Notes under the pieces: model-generated | Database searches by the model: none | What the model was told of the DNA's origin: nothing | Seen by the model: the letters and a program-made list of their open reading frames with translations, nothing else | Shown here: positions 1-15,000 of the stretch, in pieces | How the letters are laid out: the number at the start of each line of letters is the position of its first letter | Numbering within the stretch: position 1 is the stretch's first letter | Made by a program: the position numbers and the translations under genes | Assembly (NCBI GenBank): GCA_049643885.1 | Contig: JBARQV010000033.1 | Location: 75,229-139,228 of the forward strand | Source: Candidatus Omnitrophota bacterium | Lineage (GTDB): Bacteria > Omnitrophota > Gorgyraeia > Tantalellales > Tantalellaceae | Direction of reading: 5' to 3' | DNA: 64,000 nucleotides

Positions 1-3000
1 GTAGAAAAAGTCGATGAAAAGAGTGAAAGATTTTCGTTAAAACCCGACCGTAAACGCACGGCGAAGCTGATAGAGAGATTAATAAAAAAGGGCAAAAAGA
101 CGTTCGTCGAATACACCATCGCTGAAAGAAAAGAGATCGCCAAAGCTTTGGCCAGGGATTACGGCCTGAAAGGCGCGGACCTCAAGCTGTTTAACCGTTC
201 TATCCTCACCGAATCAAAACCTGAAGTGGAAAGATGGAAGTCCGGGTCCGCCCTTATTACTATTATATCCCTTATTATGCTGGTTCTTGCTCCGTCCAGG
301 CGCGCTCTCGCGATGCCGGAAATATCAGGAGCAGTTTTCACTGCCGGGAATTATCTAGGCGCGATCGGTATATTAGCGGGTTTAGGCGCCATATTAGCGG
401 TACTGGGCATACTGACGTGGAGAGCGAAGAGGAAAGCGATCGACGGAAAAACGACGGCTCGCGTCAAGAAATTCGGCGCGAAGATCGTGGCAGAAGAGAT
501 CCCTTATGAAAAACTTAAAATATGCCATGATTATGACGGCGTGTTTCTTGTAACTGATCCTAAAGCTCATTTTGATCATCAATATAGATTGTTCAATTAT
601 ATCGCGTTTTTCGAGCCGGAGGATAAACCGGGCGTGGAATCCAGGAGGCTGATCTTTGTCCTGCAGAAAGCATTAGAGCTTATCGAAAACCTTTGCATGA
701 ATTCTGAAAATGAAACGGCAAAAGAGATCTATTCCGCGCTGCATAAAGGCTTGATACGGCATGACCGTATGGTAGTGAGAGTGGCTGAAAACCTTCCCCA
801 GACGGCCGTTCTTTACAAGCGCGGAGAGGTCACCGTCCTTGTTCTTAAAAAGGATCTTGTAGACGAAGCCTACGTTAAAGGCCATGTTGTAGGGGAAGAA
901 GACTGGGAAGTCACCCTGTGGCCTCTATGCGAGAGATTGAACCACGAGCTTGGGCATACTGATATATTCAGGAATGGGCCGAAAAGATCAGACGAAGAAT
1001 GCGACAGTGTATACCGCGACTACCTGCTTCTGAAACTGATCTCGGAAACAAAGCCTGAATTCAAGGAGAACGTTGATATTTACATGAAGAGGCTGGGAGA
1101 GAAATACGGCTCTTCTTTTTATTATGGATTTTTAAACGGTCTTCTGAGGGAAGAGAAAGACAAGAAACTCACCGGCGACCAGGTCAAAACAGAAATAAGA
1201 GAGTTTGTAAGGGAAAACTTTAATGATCTGGATGCAGACAAAAAGGCTTTTCCATTCTTCCGCGGAAGGAAAAAGAGCGTCACGGAGGTTTCCCGTTTAG
1301 CATTTGAAGAGGTTAAGAAATACAAGCACCCGGTCACGCATTACAGTGATATCCGGAACGCGCTCAAGGAACATCATGGCATAGACCTGCAAGACAAAAA
1401 ATACAAGAAGGTCAGGATAGACCTGGTGAAGTATTTCGCGAATGTCGATGCGCTTAATACGATAGTGAATTTTTCGGAATACGGTTTCTTACCCCGGAAA
1501 TACGATGAAGACCGGCAGGAGGTCATCGAGGTCGCCAAGATATGCGCCGGGCATGACGGTTTTGCCGTCGCGCTGCATTACAGGAAACTGGGTTTGGATC
1601 CGGAAAGGTCGGTAGACGAAAGGAGAGCGACCGTCGAGATCGCCAAGATCTGCGCCATGCAGGACGCGGAAGGGACCATAAGGCAATTTAAGAACTTCGG
1701 TCTCGGCCTCACTGAGGAACAGGAAAAAGAGTTTTGCCTTGACGCTGAAAGAGCTTCCGTCCAGACGCTCGTCCAGGGTTTTGCCGGGGGTAAAGACCTC
1801 AGGGCGCTTGCCAGCGCGACCGTTTTGATGAAAGCGGTGGATGTGGCGTTCGGCCAGCTTGACTTTTCAGGCCTGGCAATAGGCACCCAGGCTTATGTAA
1901 AACTTCTTCTTCTTGACAAGGTCATCAAAGAAGGAGAGATATCGGATGAGTTTTTACTATACCTGAGGGACAAGGTCGTTCCTTCCCTCCGGGTGCTTGA
2001 AAACCTGACAAAGAACTACCCGACGCTGGGCATGGAACAGGGTATATATAAATATGACTTTATGGACCGGGACAGTTTTGACCTGGGAGTGAAACTCGTC
2101 AATTTTGTATCCAGGGTCCAGGGGGTCCGCCAGCCGTGGTGGTCCCGTTCAAGACAGGATCCGACCGCCAGCCAGGTAAGAATGCCGCCTACTACATACC
2201 CGATTTTCATATTGATGATAAGAAAAATGCTCAAGATGGGTATCATAAGTTCGGTAGCATATTCGACCGCAGTCGCCGGCGAACACATGGAAGAAGCCCC
2301 GTTCGTTCTTACAATGTCGTATCACTCGGCATATGATTATGACCAATACATGGAGATCAACGGGAAGAAAGTGCTCAAAAAAGGCGAAAAGATGCCCGAG
2401 AGGATAGCGGCGGGGGAAGAAGAAAGCCACGCGGAAAAGAAAGAGAAAGAGAAAAAGAAAAAGATCAAGCCGCAGGTCCAGGGAGTCTGGCAGGGGAAGA
2501 CACAGGACCCGTGGAAGGGGACAAAACTTGGAGCGGATGACGCGAAAACAAGAGGGACACAGACAAAGTATTTCCACTCGCTGGTGCCGAAGGATGTAAA
2601 AGCGGTAGAGAAAGACCTGGAGAGGACATTCCTTCTCGCGACTGCCGCCAGCGCTTCACTGGGAACTTATGGGTTAGAAGATGCGGAACTGAGAAAGGCT
2701 TACAAAAGCTTAAAGGATGAAGTAAAAGGATTTTTGATGTCCAGGTTGGGCCTTCCGGAAAAAGATGTCGAAAAATGGCTTTCTCCCGACCCGGAAAAGA
2801 TGGATGTCGTGGGCGATTATGGCAACAAAGAAACCGGTGAGATGCTGGAAAAAATAGCCCAGAAATTCCTCATGGTCACCGGAGACAGAAGCAAGCTCAT
2901 GTCCTCCGGCGCGGGAGGGACCGCGGTGGCTTCTGACGTGGACGAAATGGATCTCGGTTCCGGGTATGTGGACAGGCCCGCGCTTTACCAGGAATTCCAG

Positions 3001-6000
3001 GATATCATAGAGAAGCACACGAAGAGAATGTTCACGCAGATGTTCCCAGGGGAAGCTGGAAAAGTCTTAAGGATGGGCCTTGCCGAACAGTTCGAACAGA
3101 TAGACCCTGAGAGCGTCAGGATCACCGCTCTTCAGATGTGTTACGACGCCGATCCGGGCAGAAGAAAAAGAGCGCTTAATCAGGTCCAAGCGGCTTACCC
3201 GGATGACTATGCCAAGATCATGGCAGCGGAGAGGAAAAGCGCCGGATCAAAAAGCGTAAAAAAGCACAGGCATAAAGGTGACAAGGGTATAGGCGCTAAT
3301 TTTGACGGCATGATACACCAGGGGCCGGAGTCCGAAGTGGAATTCAATTCCCGCTTGAAAGATATCAGGAGCAGGTCCATAGCCGACCGTTATATGGACA
3401 GGATAAAAAAGCTGCTGAAGGATTTCGTAGACCGGGCGGATATTTCAGTCAGGCAGAGGAACGCGCTTGAGGAGGAACTAAGCAACTTCCAGAAGGGGAC
3501 ATATAAGGTATACGGTTTTAATTCTATAGTGATGAATTCAGAAAATGATTTTTACCTGGGATTGAACGACATTAAAAAAATGGAGCTTTTTATTGCCACG
3601 GACCTGTTGTCCGAACTCGATGAGCTTGGCCAGAAATTCGGCGATGAATACCTGCTTCACGAACTTATATGCCCGGTCCTGGGGCATTATCCCGCCATCA
3701 GGGCCCAGCAGGGATTCTTCACAGGGAATTATCCCGACGAGGAGGCAAAGAAGAAGCAGACCTACAAGAAGCCTTACAAGGGGCTGTTGGGCGTGGCGCT
3801 AAGGAACTTCCTGGAAGGCACCGAGCAGACCATCGATGACTTTTTCGAGTATTATCCCCTGGATGTGAAAAAACAAGGAAGGCGGGTCGTGGATCCCCTG
3901 CCCCCGGCGGAGATAATGAAGCAGGTAAGTGAACAAAACTGGCTTTGGATGCTGGATGAAGGAGGCAGAACACACAAGAGCGTTGTGCCCGTTTCCCAGG
4001 ATACCGTGAAAGGGAGAATAAGGAAGTTCAGGGATGGTCTGGGGCCGGTGATCATCGAGAAAAAGCTTCCCGGTGTTTTCGAAAAAGTGAAGATCGGCGG
4101 AAATATCCCGCTCGATCCGGGGACACCGTTCAGGATATTCGTATCCGGCAGTTATTTCTGGTGTAAAAGGCCCCTGGACGACCTTGAAATGGACGTTATC
4201 GTGGACGGGTATTGTCCTTTGAGCGGGCCTCACGAGCTTGAACTGAGCGAAGACGAGATGAAAACGTTATTTTCAGGCCTGGACGTAAAAACCCAGCCGC
4301 TAAAAATAAAAGTGAATGTTTTCGGAACGGAGCAGCTAGAATGCGCGGCAGGTGACCGAAAGATAAAAGACCTGGAAGCCTTGAGAAAAGGGAAAAAGGA
4401 TGAAGAAGCGGAGCGCGAGGTCTTAAGGAAAGCGGAATTATGCGAAAAGCTTATCAGGCTTCCGCACGAGGCTATCCAGCTCCTTGGCAGGAGAGTGGAT
4501 TTTGAGGAACTGGGCGAGACCAGAGCGGAAAATATCCTGAATCTTTACGGGCTGGACAAAGAGAGAGTGACGCGTTCTAAATGGCTTGGGCCGAAAAAGG
4601 AAAGCAGGGATAAGAAGGAGTCCAGGGATTGGACCGTCGTAAGAATGAGGGGGGTACTGGAATACATAGTGAAATATTATAACGTTTTCGAGGGGGCGAT
4701 AAACCCGCACAAACGGAGCGAGAAACTGATACATTTTATCAGCCTTAACAGGCACCTTCCCGGGCCGACTGACACTATAGTGAAATCTTTCAGGAAGTCC
4801 CTGTTCGAGTATATCGAAAATGGGGAACTCCTGGAAGAGCGGTACCGTTTTCTGCGTCCGCTCGGCGCGGGCGGGATGGCTGCCGTGTACAGGGCTTTTG
4901 ACACCAAGGCGAAAAGAACCGTGGCCGTTAAGATCATAAGCGATCAGTTATCCCTTGACCCGAAGAGCGTGGTGAGGTTTTTGCGGGAGGCACGGAAGCT
5001 GAGCGGCCTGAGGCACGAGGGCATAGTTTCGGTTTATGATCACTTTGATACGGTTGACAGCGGACAGTTTTACACAATGGAGGCTATCAATGGCGTTCCT
5101 CTTAATGAGCATTTTGCCGGCAAAGACTACAATGAAAAAGAGCTTGTAAAAGTATTTTTGAACCTCGCCAGAGGCGTCGCATACGCGCATTCAAGAGGTA
5201 TCATTCACAGGGATCTTAAGCCCGGTAACATATTTGTCAGGAGGAACGGGCAGACCATAATACTGGATTTCGGCCTGGCAAAATACGGCTCCGATGCTAA
5301 AGACCAGGAGAGCGGTCTTACCATGCATGATGAGCTCTTGGGGACGCCCGCATACATGCCTCGCGAACAGTTCAGCGGTTTGTTCGTGGGAGTCGATAAA
5401 GAACTATACGGGTTCCTGGAGATAAATTATGAAGACCCGGCCCTGAAAAAATTAGAGTACATGAAAGACATAGAGACTTTCGGAAATATTATGTATGAGA
5501 TGGCCACGGGCCATGTTCCCTATCCCGGAGATACTACATGGGCTGTTCTCTGGCAAAGGGTAGCAGGCGTCAGAAAGCCGAGGGATCACAGGCCGGAGAT
5601 CAGCCCCGATCTTGAAGCGGTAATATTGAAAGGTATGAGTTGGGATCCCCGCGACCGGTACACGGCGGAGCACCTGATAAACGAATTGCAGAGGATCTAT
5701 GAAGGCAGGCACAGCAAAGAATACGCGGACATGCTCAAAAAGCAAAGGAGAGGATTTTTATACAAACAGATCCCGTGGGTGGCGATGCTGGCGATATCGT
5801 TTTTTGTATTACCCGGATTCTGGGGTAATTTACTTAAACTGCCTGTCCTGCAGGCATTTGACAGGGGAATAGGGGTATTAATGATGACGATAGGCGCGTT
5901 TGTGGGCCTGAGAAAACCCCTGAAATTGGCATTGAAAGGGATCAAATGGGTATTGCAGAAGGTGTTCGGGCTGCGCATCCAGGTAGAGGTCAAGAGGAAG

Positions 6001-9000
6001 CCGGATCTTATTCAAGCCGACAAAGATAAAGAAGAGAAAGGAGTATCACTGCCATGGCTTATGGTCCTGCAATTAGTGCCTGTTACCCTTGCGGTTGTTA
6101 TGGTGTTCTTTAATATTTTATGGGGTTTCTGTAGCTGGGCGCTGATCGGTATCCTGTCGGCGGTCCCGTTCGGTGTATTCGTTGACAAGTTCGTCGCCAG
6201 ACTGGAAAAAGCACTCGGTAAGAAGGAGGAAAAAGACGAATCGGTCCGGAGAATGCTCGCGCAGCAGGCGGCCGTGGCGGCCGATCCGGGGAGCGATAGC
6301 GATTTTGACGTGGACCCCGCGGATTATAGCGGGAGCGCGGATTCTGTTCCGAGGCCGCCGGATGGAGGGGCCATAGGCAAATTGTTCGGCGCCGAAGGCC
6401 GGCAGGTAAAAGAAGGCATCATCGCGAAAGAAAGAAATGAATTTCTTGAATTTCATGACAACGGCAGAAAAGAGGTTCTCCGCACCAAGGACGGCAGAGA
6501 GGCCAGGTTCAAGGTTATGGGGTCATATAAGGACCCGGACTCGGGCCAGATCGTTAAGATAATAGAGGATAACGAGCATATACGCGGTTTCGCCAACAAG
6601 GAAAACTTATACCTTTCCGAGAGCCTTGTCAAAAGCCTCATGCCAACCTACCGTGAAATAGCTACCTATCATGAACTGCGGCATAACTATTATGCCCGGC
6701 ATCCCGAAGAACTTCCCATCGGTATCAATGCCCATACGTTCTTAAGAGGTTGTGGTAAAGAAGTGCGGGAGATGGTGAAGAAAGCCCTGAAAAAGAATGA
6801 CCTGAAAGAATATTTCACCGCGGAAGAAATTATATCTTACCTGGGCGAAAAACTAAGCATAGCCAGGCAGAACCCGGTGGAAATCGCTCTTATACGCTAC
6901 AACGAGGAAGTCCTTGGGGAAAAAGGCATAGAACTTCTGTACGGCGAACAGGACCGCAAGTTCGGGGCCAGAGCCAATGATGATTTCAGCAGGGAATTGC
7001 AAAGGCAGTCCCAGATCATCACCAGTTCAAAACTTCCTCCCAAAACGTATGTCCCGGGCATCGTGGGGATAACGTTAGGTGTTTTTTCATGGTTACTGAT
7101 CTCTTTCGCGAGCGCTTATCTCCTGAAAGGCAGTTTTATAGGTTCAATATTCAGCAGTGACGTGCCTTTGCTGGTGACCAAGGGGATGATCTCTGCCGCT
7201 TTTATCGTTTCCGGTCTTGTAAGCCAGCATTTTATCAATCTCTACCGGGGGTATTACAGGTACAAGGAGCTGTTCGATGATTCGCCGGTGGCTTTTCATA
7301 CACTGGACAAAGATTTCAGGATAACCGGGGTCAATAAGCGCTGGTGTGAACTGCTCGGATACACCGAGAAAGAGGTCAGGAAACATGAGATCTTTGAATT
7401 TATTTATGTCGATCCTTCCGATGAAGTGGATGCCGAAAAGCAGATACGGAACGCCAGGGAACGAGCCGTGGCCAGAATGGAAGGCAAGACCGTCCCGGAT
7501 AAGATCGGTTATGGTCCTTACAGGAAATACAGGACGAAAAACGGTAAACCGGTGATCGTGGAGACAAGGGACACGACTTTGAGAGACACACAAAACAGGC
7601 CGACCGGGATCCAGACCTCGTTTGTCGACGTCACCGAGGCCGTGGAGGCAGTCGAAAGCCTGGAGAAAGAAAGAGGCCTGCTCAAGAGCATTACCAGCAA
7701 CACGCCTGATTTCATTTTTGTCAAGGATACAAAGAGCAGGCTCGTTTTTTCAAATGACGCGCATTTTAAAGCCCTGGGAGCTGCTTCGTTCGAAGAGGTG
7801 AGGGGATCGACGGATTTCGGCCATTTCCCTGATGAACTGGCACGGAAATATTATGATGATGAGCAGGGCGTGATGAAAAGCGGGATCCCGCTCATAGGAG
7901 AGGAGGAGCGTTTTATAGACTCGTCCGGCAGCGAGAGATGGCTTTCGACGACAAAAGTTCCCTTACGGGACTCAGGCGGGGAGATCATCGGCATTGTGGG
8001 GATAAGCCGTGATATCACAGAGCTGAGAAACCTGCAGATAAAAGATCCCAGAACAGGCGCATACGACAGAAAGTTCCTGCTGAAAGACGAATTTCGCGCC
8101 AGATGGAGCATGTCGGTTGAAAGGGCCAAGCACACCGTATCGGTCCTTATGTGTGATCTCGATCATTTCAAGAGGTTCAATGAAGCGCCGTATGACCATG
8201 ATACGGGCGACCTGGTCTTAAGAGCAGTAGTCCGGAGGATCGCTAAAGAGCTGAGAGATGGCGATATTCTGGTCCGCCACGGCGGTGAGGAATTTCTGGT
8301 CATCCTTTTCAATACGGATGCCGAGGAGACAGGGGTTGTCGCAAACAGGATACTGTCATCCGTGAGAGGGTTATTCATTTCTGACGAAAAGAGGGGAGAC
8401 ATCGATGATATCACGATAAGTATCGGCGGAGCGGAGCTTACGGACGAAGAACAAATACAGGTAGGCATTGTTAACAAGCAACTGGCAAAGCTTGTGAAAA
8501 AGAAGGATATAGGCGAAGAAGAACTGGCCGAAGCCACGGAAAAGCTTGCTCCTTTATGGAAGAGAGCGGACCTTGCCCTTGTGCACAGAGCCAAACGGGA
8601 AGGTAGAGACCGTTACGTTTTCAGTGAGCCGAACCATGAGACCGAAAAGCGGGAAGACGCGGGAAAGGATCCCGGCAGCACGACATTGAGTTGTATTGCG
8701 ATGACCCCGCTATTGCCCGTGATCTTAGGCCTGAATGACATCGCAACTTGCCTGACCCTCGTTGCCGTTTTGGCAGTTCTTTTTTACAGTATTGTACATT
8801 TTGCTTCCTCTGAAAGCGCGAGCTCGGGCGGTGAGGGGTCGGAAGAGCATTTAATTTCTATTCTTGACAGTTTCGACCTGGAAGCTAGTTGCCAGGCAGC
8901 GATACAACTAGGCAATATCGGCGGCGAAAAGGCGGCAGAAGCGCTTCTTGGGGGAAGGCTTGTTAATTTGGAGCCTACTTACAAGGCGTACAAAACGGAA

Positions 9001-12000
9001 GCTCTGGGAAATATAGCTGCCTCCCATAATTTATCCCCGGAAACGGCAAAAAGGATATCCGACTTGCTGTTTGTCATGCTGAACGACGGCGATAAGGATG
9101 TTCAGAGGGCGGCTGCCGATGCGCTTGAAGCGATCGGTGAGGCAAAGAAGGACGACATGTGCATTTTATATGCTTATCTTTATGACCCCATAGGGAAGAT
9201 GAAGCATGAGGGGGTCCTGGAGAGGATCGAAATGGGACTTTTGACCAGCCGTCTTATAGGTGCCTTGAATTTGGGATCAAAGGTTCAAGGATCAGCCGTG
9301 AATGTTCTAAGCAGGGTGGCTGACCCGCAAGTAGTCGAGGCGCTGATCGATCAGCTAACGAACGAAGATGCCAATTTCCGTGTCGCTGTCATCAAGGCTT
9401 TGAGAGATATAGGCAAGCGCCTGTCCGAGCGTGTCAATAACGCGAAAGCCAGGGGGAGGAAACCGGATCCGAACGAAGAAGCCACGAAGGGGAGAGTAAC
9501 GGAGGTCCTGTTCTTTTGCTCGGAAAATGACCCGGACACAAGGGTTCGTGAAGCCGCAGCACGTTCTTTGGGGCTGGTCGGCGGTCCGGAGATAAGTCAG
9601 CGGTTATCCGGCATGCTGAAAAAGAAGGATTCCTGGCAGGTTAAGGAGGCCGCGATAGAATCTCTCGGCAAAACGGGTGACGCGAGAGGGGCAACTGCTA
9701 TCTTTGCGATAATGGGCGAAGGCGGTGTGCCGCACGGCGCGTATTTAACCTGTCTCAGGGCCCTGGGCGAGATCAGTCATTCTTTAAGAAGACTTCTCAC
9801 GAGAAATCTGCCTCCTGATATGGAAAAAAGGATAAGAGGATATTTGAAAGCGATAAACAGCAACCTGGTCAAAGGCCTGGAGGACGAGCGCATGGATATC
9901 CGCGCTGTAGCGGCAGAGACGCTGCTCATCAAGTGCGACGTAAGTGAATTAAAGGATATAATCAGCGATCCTGAAAAAGTCCTGCGGGCGCATGTCATTA
10001 TCAACCAGAAGGAAGAACAGGCCTTGCCAACGGCTGCCGGGATCACGCAGGAAATGGCGATAGAGTTTACTACTAAAGCCATCGTTGAAAAGAAATGGAG
10101 CAAATTGGCCGAACTTGGGCAGCACGCTGCTCCCGCGCTGCTGAAGGCGTTAAATGACCCCGTAGCGTTTTTCCGCCAGAAAGCCGCAGAGACCCTGCAG
10201 GTAGTAAGACACCCGCTGACGATAGCGCCGTTGTGGGAACGCCTGTTTATAGAAAAGAGCAATGATGTTTCTTACGCGATCGCGCAGGCTATTCTGGCGA
10301 TGGGCGGGGAGAACGCGGAAAAAGAATTGAAAAAGTTCATCGAGGAACACCCGGATCCTGCTATTTGGAAGGTCACCACGCTGTATCTTATGGGTGAGAC
10401 TAAAAAAGCGTCAACAATGATAAAGAAACTGCTTGAAGAAAACGACCAGGAAATCATACAGAAATTTCTTGAAGACAGGCTGGAAAAAGGTTTCCCAAAA
10501 GAAGAAAAAGAGCCCCTCAAAAAACTTATCGACATGGGCGTAACGATCCATTTTGACATTTTGGCTGATCAGGGATCGAGCAAGACGGCACGCATCGATG
10601 CGCTTAGATTTTTAGGTAAATATGGCGCCGAGAAACAAGTGGATGGCCTGGTCACTGCTTCAAAAAGCAATGATATGGAAATTGTGAAAGAAGCCGGCAC
10701 GGCCCTGGCCAGCATTAATGAGCGCCAAGTGCGGAAAAAGATCCCTACTTATCTCGAAGTTCTGGCTGACCCGGGTGCAAGTTCAAGAGCCCGGGTCGAA
10801 GCGGCGGATTTCCTGGGCGAATACGGCGGGCCGGCCGAACGAAAAGCGCTTGTGAATGCCGCGGGAGGCATGGATTTTAAAGTCACCAAAGCTATCACCA
10901 TGGCCATTTCCAAAATAGACAAGCGTCATGGAGGAAAGAAAAAAGGATCACACGGTTTTGCTTTTCTGCCGTTCGCCATCCCGCAGAACTTCTCTGAGTT
11001 GATCGAGATCATCAAGGAGTCCCCGGTTTGGTGCGGGGCGATCGCCCTCGGCGCTTTAGCCGTCTTCGCAGGCCTTATATTATTTCTACGCTTTGTTTAT
11101 CACAGATTGCGTCCGGTCGTATGGAACCTTAAGAGGATCGGAAGCAAAAATCCCGCAAAGCGCAAAGCCGCCGCAGCGGCATTAGGTGAGCTTGCGCCTT
11201 TTAAGGAAAAAGAAATCGAAGAAGTGATCTCCGCGCTCGAGGAAACCACACGTGATAAGGTCAGTGCTGTCCGTATGGCTGCCGCGGAAGCTATTGGAAA
11301 AATAGGAAAAGAGGCAGAAAACGCGATACCCGATCTTGTAAGACTTGTTATTGAGGACGAAGATCCCCAGGTCCGCATAACCGCCGCCAAGTCACTTGGC
11401 GAAACCGGCCTAATGGGGATCTTCGCCCTCGCTGAAAAGCTGAAGGATGAGGACGCCGCCGTCCGTTTATCCGCGGCGAAAGCCTTCGGCAATGTGGACC
11501 CAAAGACGCCAAAGATAGAACATATATTCGTAAATCTTGAGGGAACCCTGGAAGATCCGGATAAAGATGTCCGTGACGCCGGGATGAACGCTTTTAGCAG
11601 CCTTGATGCCCTGACCCCGGAGCGAAAGGTTAAAAGATATATCGCCGATCTCGGTGACGGGCAGCATGTCGGTGTCCGGGATGAGGCGATGAGACAACTG
11701 GACGAGCTTGATGCCGTGACGATAGGGCTCAGGGTAAAGAAATACATGTTCGACCTGGAAGACGATAACGCGGAAGTCCGTAAGAGCGGCGCGGAAAAAC
11801 TCGGCAAACTGGGCGTTTACGCAAGGGGCCTTGGCAGGAAAATACGTGGTACAGATGAAGAGTTCAGGGAGATGCTAAACGAGCTGAAAAAAGCCGCCCC
11901 TATTCTCGTCCAGATGCTGCAAAAGGATGAAGGTGCGGGTATCCGCGCGGCCGCAGCCGCGGCGCTCGGTGATATAGGGCCTGTTACGTTTGAAGTCGTC

Positions 12001-15000
12001 CCTGCCCTGGTAAAAGCCGTGAAAGATCCTGAAGCTAAAGTTCGCGAATCAGCCATCCTGGCGCTTTGCAAGTTTCCTGCCGCGACTCCGAATATGACCA
12101 ATGCTATTATAGGTGCGGCAGGTGATAAGAATGAGGGGGTCCGGGCTGCAGCTGCACGCTTTTTCGGAGGCGTAAAACCGGCCAGCGACCGGGTGATATC
12201 GGTTTTGGTGAAGCTGTCGGGAGACCCGGACGAAAATGTCCGCAGGGACGCGAGGACGGTTCTTGAAAAACTGGAAAAACCGCAAGCCGCTGTTCCCTCC
12301 CTCATAGAGATCGCAAAAGACGAAGAAAAGGACCTCGACACCCGCGTAGCCGCTATTTTAGGACTTGGAGAGATCACTCCGGTGACCACGGAAGCGATCA
12401 ATAATCTGGTGTCGTTTATCCGTGCAGCCGCAGGCCGGGAAGCAGTACATCAAAAGGCTACAGATAGAGAGCTTGCCGGTAGAAACATTATCGTTGGAAG
12501 GTCTTCTACTCATGAAACTGCTGTTCTTAGTAAATCCGAAGAAGAGAAAACGCACAGGGAAGAGTTTATTGCCGGCGAAGAATTTGACGGCAAAGATGAA
12601 TTTCACCGAGAGGTTGTTGAAAAATCCCAGACCAGGGAGCATGATTCAAGAAGGATCGCTTATGAAGAGGCAGCCGCGCGTGAAGCCTATCTTCGCGAAT
12701 CGGAAACCCGCGAAACATCTCTCAGGAAATCAGCGGAGCGCGAGGCCGCTATCCGCGAAACCGCCGTCGAAGCCCTTGTTAAGATCGGCCCTTCGGCAAA
12801 GCCCATTTTCATGCAGCTATTAGCTGACGATGAAGAGTATGTTCGCGAAGCCGGGGCACACGCTATTGCCAAGATCAGTCCCGATGCGGTTCAAGAACTG
12901 ATCAGTATTATATGCGCGACGGACACGGATACGAAATCTAAAAATTTCGGAAGAGATTATTATTTCCGTAGATATGCCGCGAAGGAACTGGTCAAGATAG
13001 GCCCGGAAGCGGTCTTTGCCTTGATGGAAAATCTTGAAAGCAGAGACCCTCGGTCCCGTAAAGCGGTAGAGAGTGCTCTCGGTATTATCGGGGAGGAACC
13101 CGTCATTGAAGCCGCGGTACACGTTTTTGCCGCGAAAGGTCCTGAAGTGATCCCTGTCCTGGTGAATTTGGCAAAGAGCGAGCATTACCATATCAGGCTT
13201 TTCATGGCCAGGGCCATCCGCAAAGTGGGGCCTGAAGCCATTTCAGCTCTTGCAGAGGAGTTGAATAGCGGAAAAGACAGTGATCTCTCACACGCGGCGG
13301 ACGCGCTTGGCGAGGTGGGGCCTGACGCGGCCTTGGCGGCGGACCGTCTTGAGAAGCTGCTGGAAAATGAGATGTGGTGGGTCCGGAATTCCGCTTTTGG
13401 CGCGCTCAAAAAGATAGGGGCCTTGACCCTGGAAAGGAAGAAAAAGAAGTTCAGGAAAGACTCCGAGGATAAACACAGCCTCGCATATCGGCTATCAGGG
13501 AAGAAAGCCCTTGAGGAACTGGAATTCAGGGAAATGCTTGGCGGTTTGGGAGGATTCGTTCCGGTATTCCTGGCGCAGGGCACGCTTGGAAATTATATTC
13601 GCACCCTGATCTCTAAACTGGAAGAGCTGGAGGCCGCGAACCCGACAGCGTTCTGGGTGATCGCGGGCGCAGCAGGTATCTTATTGACCGCAGGAGTCAT
13701 TCTTGCTGCCCGTCGTGCATTACGTCCTAAAAGAAAAAGATACCTGAGGATGGCCACGGGCGAGATCCTGGCCGAAAGAGTGAAAGGGATAAAGGGCCTT
13801 GCGGAACTCCGGGACAGAAAAGATCTAGCCGGTCTATGTGAGGCTTTGAAGAATGACGATAGCCCGGAAGTCCGTGAAGCGGCGGCTGAAGCTATCGGCA
13901 TGTTTTCGGAAGCGGGTAATACCATGGATGTCAGGGACGTGCTGGAAAGCGCTTTAATGGATCCTGTAAAATCTGTCCGCGCGACTGCTCTCGAAGCGAT
14001 CTTGAACATAGGAATAGGGCCTAGAGCGGCCGCGGAAGCTTTGACCGTGGCCTTATCCGAAAGTAATCCGCTTGATGTCCGTGAAGATGCCGCGGTATAC
14101 CTGGGTGCTCTTGGCGAAAGTCATCGAGACGACGTAGATACTATCGAGGCGATAGCCACGGGACTTGCTCTCGCCATGAAAGACGAGAATACATCTATTC
14201 GCAGGGCCGTTATGCGGTCATTTAATCGCCTTGCGCATCCCAGGGTGGTCGGTTTCTTGGCGATCATGCTTTCCGAGGATGCAGATGCCGATATACGTTG
14301 TGAAGCAGCGGAAGCCCTTGCCAGGACCGACAGCCCGTATGCCGTGATACCTTTAACTGAAGCCATGATCGGCGATGCGGACTCGACAGTCCGCAAGGCA
14401 GCTACGAGAGCCGTAGCCGATATATGCGCTCAAATAAAAGGGGCACCCATCGTGAAGGATAAGGTGGTGCCCGTCTTTGTTGAGGCTCTGGGTGACAGGG
14501 ATAAGGAAGTCCGGAAGAGAGTAGCTTTGGAATTTCCGTCAATAGCCGCCCCGGATGTCCTTGAACAGGTGTTGGGCCCGGATTATCAAGAGATCCTGGA
14601 GGGATACACCCTCGCGGCAAAAGGAGAGCTCGAGAATATAGGCTCTAAAGGCATGCCCGCTTTGACAGCCGCACTTAAAGATAATGATAGTTCTGTCCGC
14701 GAAGCCGCGGCCAGACGTTTGGGCGAACTTGATCTTTCGAAATTGATCCCGCATGTGGCTGAGGCGTTGGAAGACCCGGATGAGTCCGTTCGTGAGAGTG
14801 CGGTCAGGGTCCTTGGCGATTTCGGCGACAGAAGAGCGATAGGGCTGTTGAACCAGGCATTTTATAACGCGCGCACGGGTAGTTCCGTTCACGCTGCGGT
14901 CAGGGAAGCTTTAAAGAAAAGCTTGATGAAATTTGTGTCATCCCTGGACATGGACGGAGATAAACCGGACAAAGGAACGACCCAGATACTGTTCATGGCC

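Noticed and set aside
11100-11807. Minus-strand ORFs inside the giant gene, e.g. 11100-11807 (235 aa), 11817-12401, 23817-24512 (231 aa) and 27148-27828 (226 aa)
   Set aside because: They are antisense shadow ORFs expected opposite a long GC-balanced, Ala/Arg/Glu-rich repeat-coding frame. Their translations are low-complexity S/A/R-rich with no motifs, and the sense frame has unambiguous domain content.
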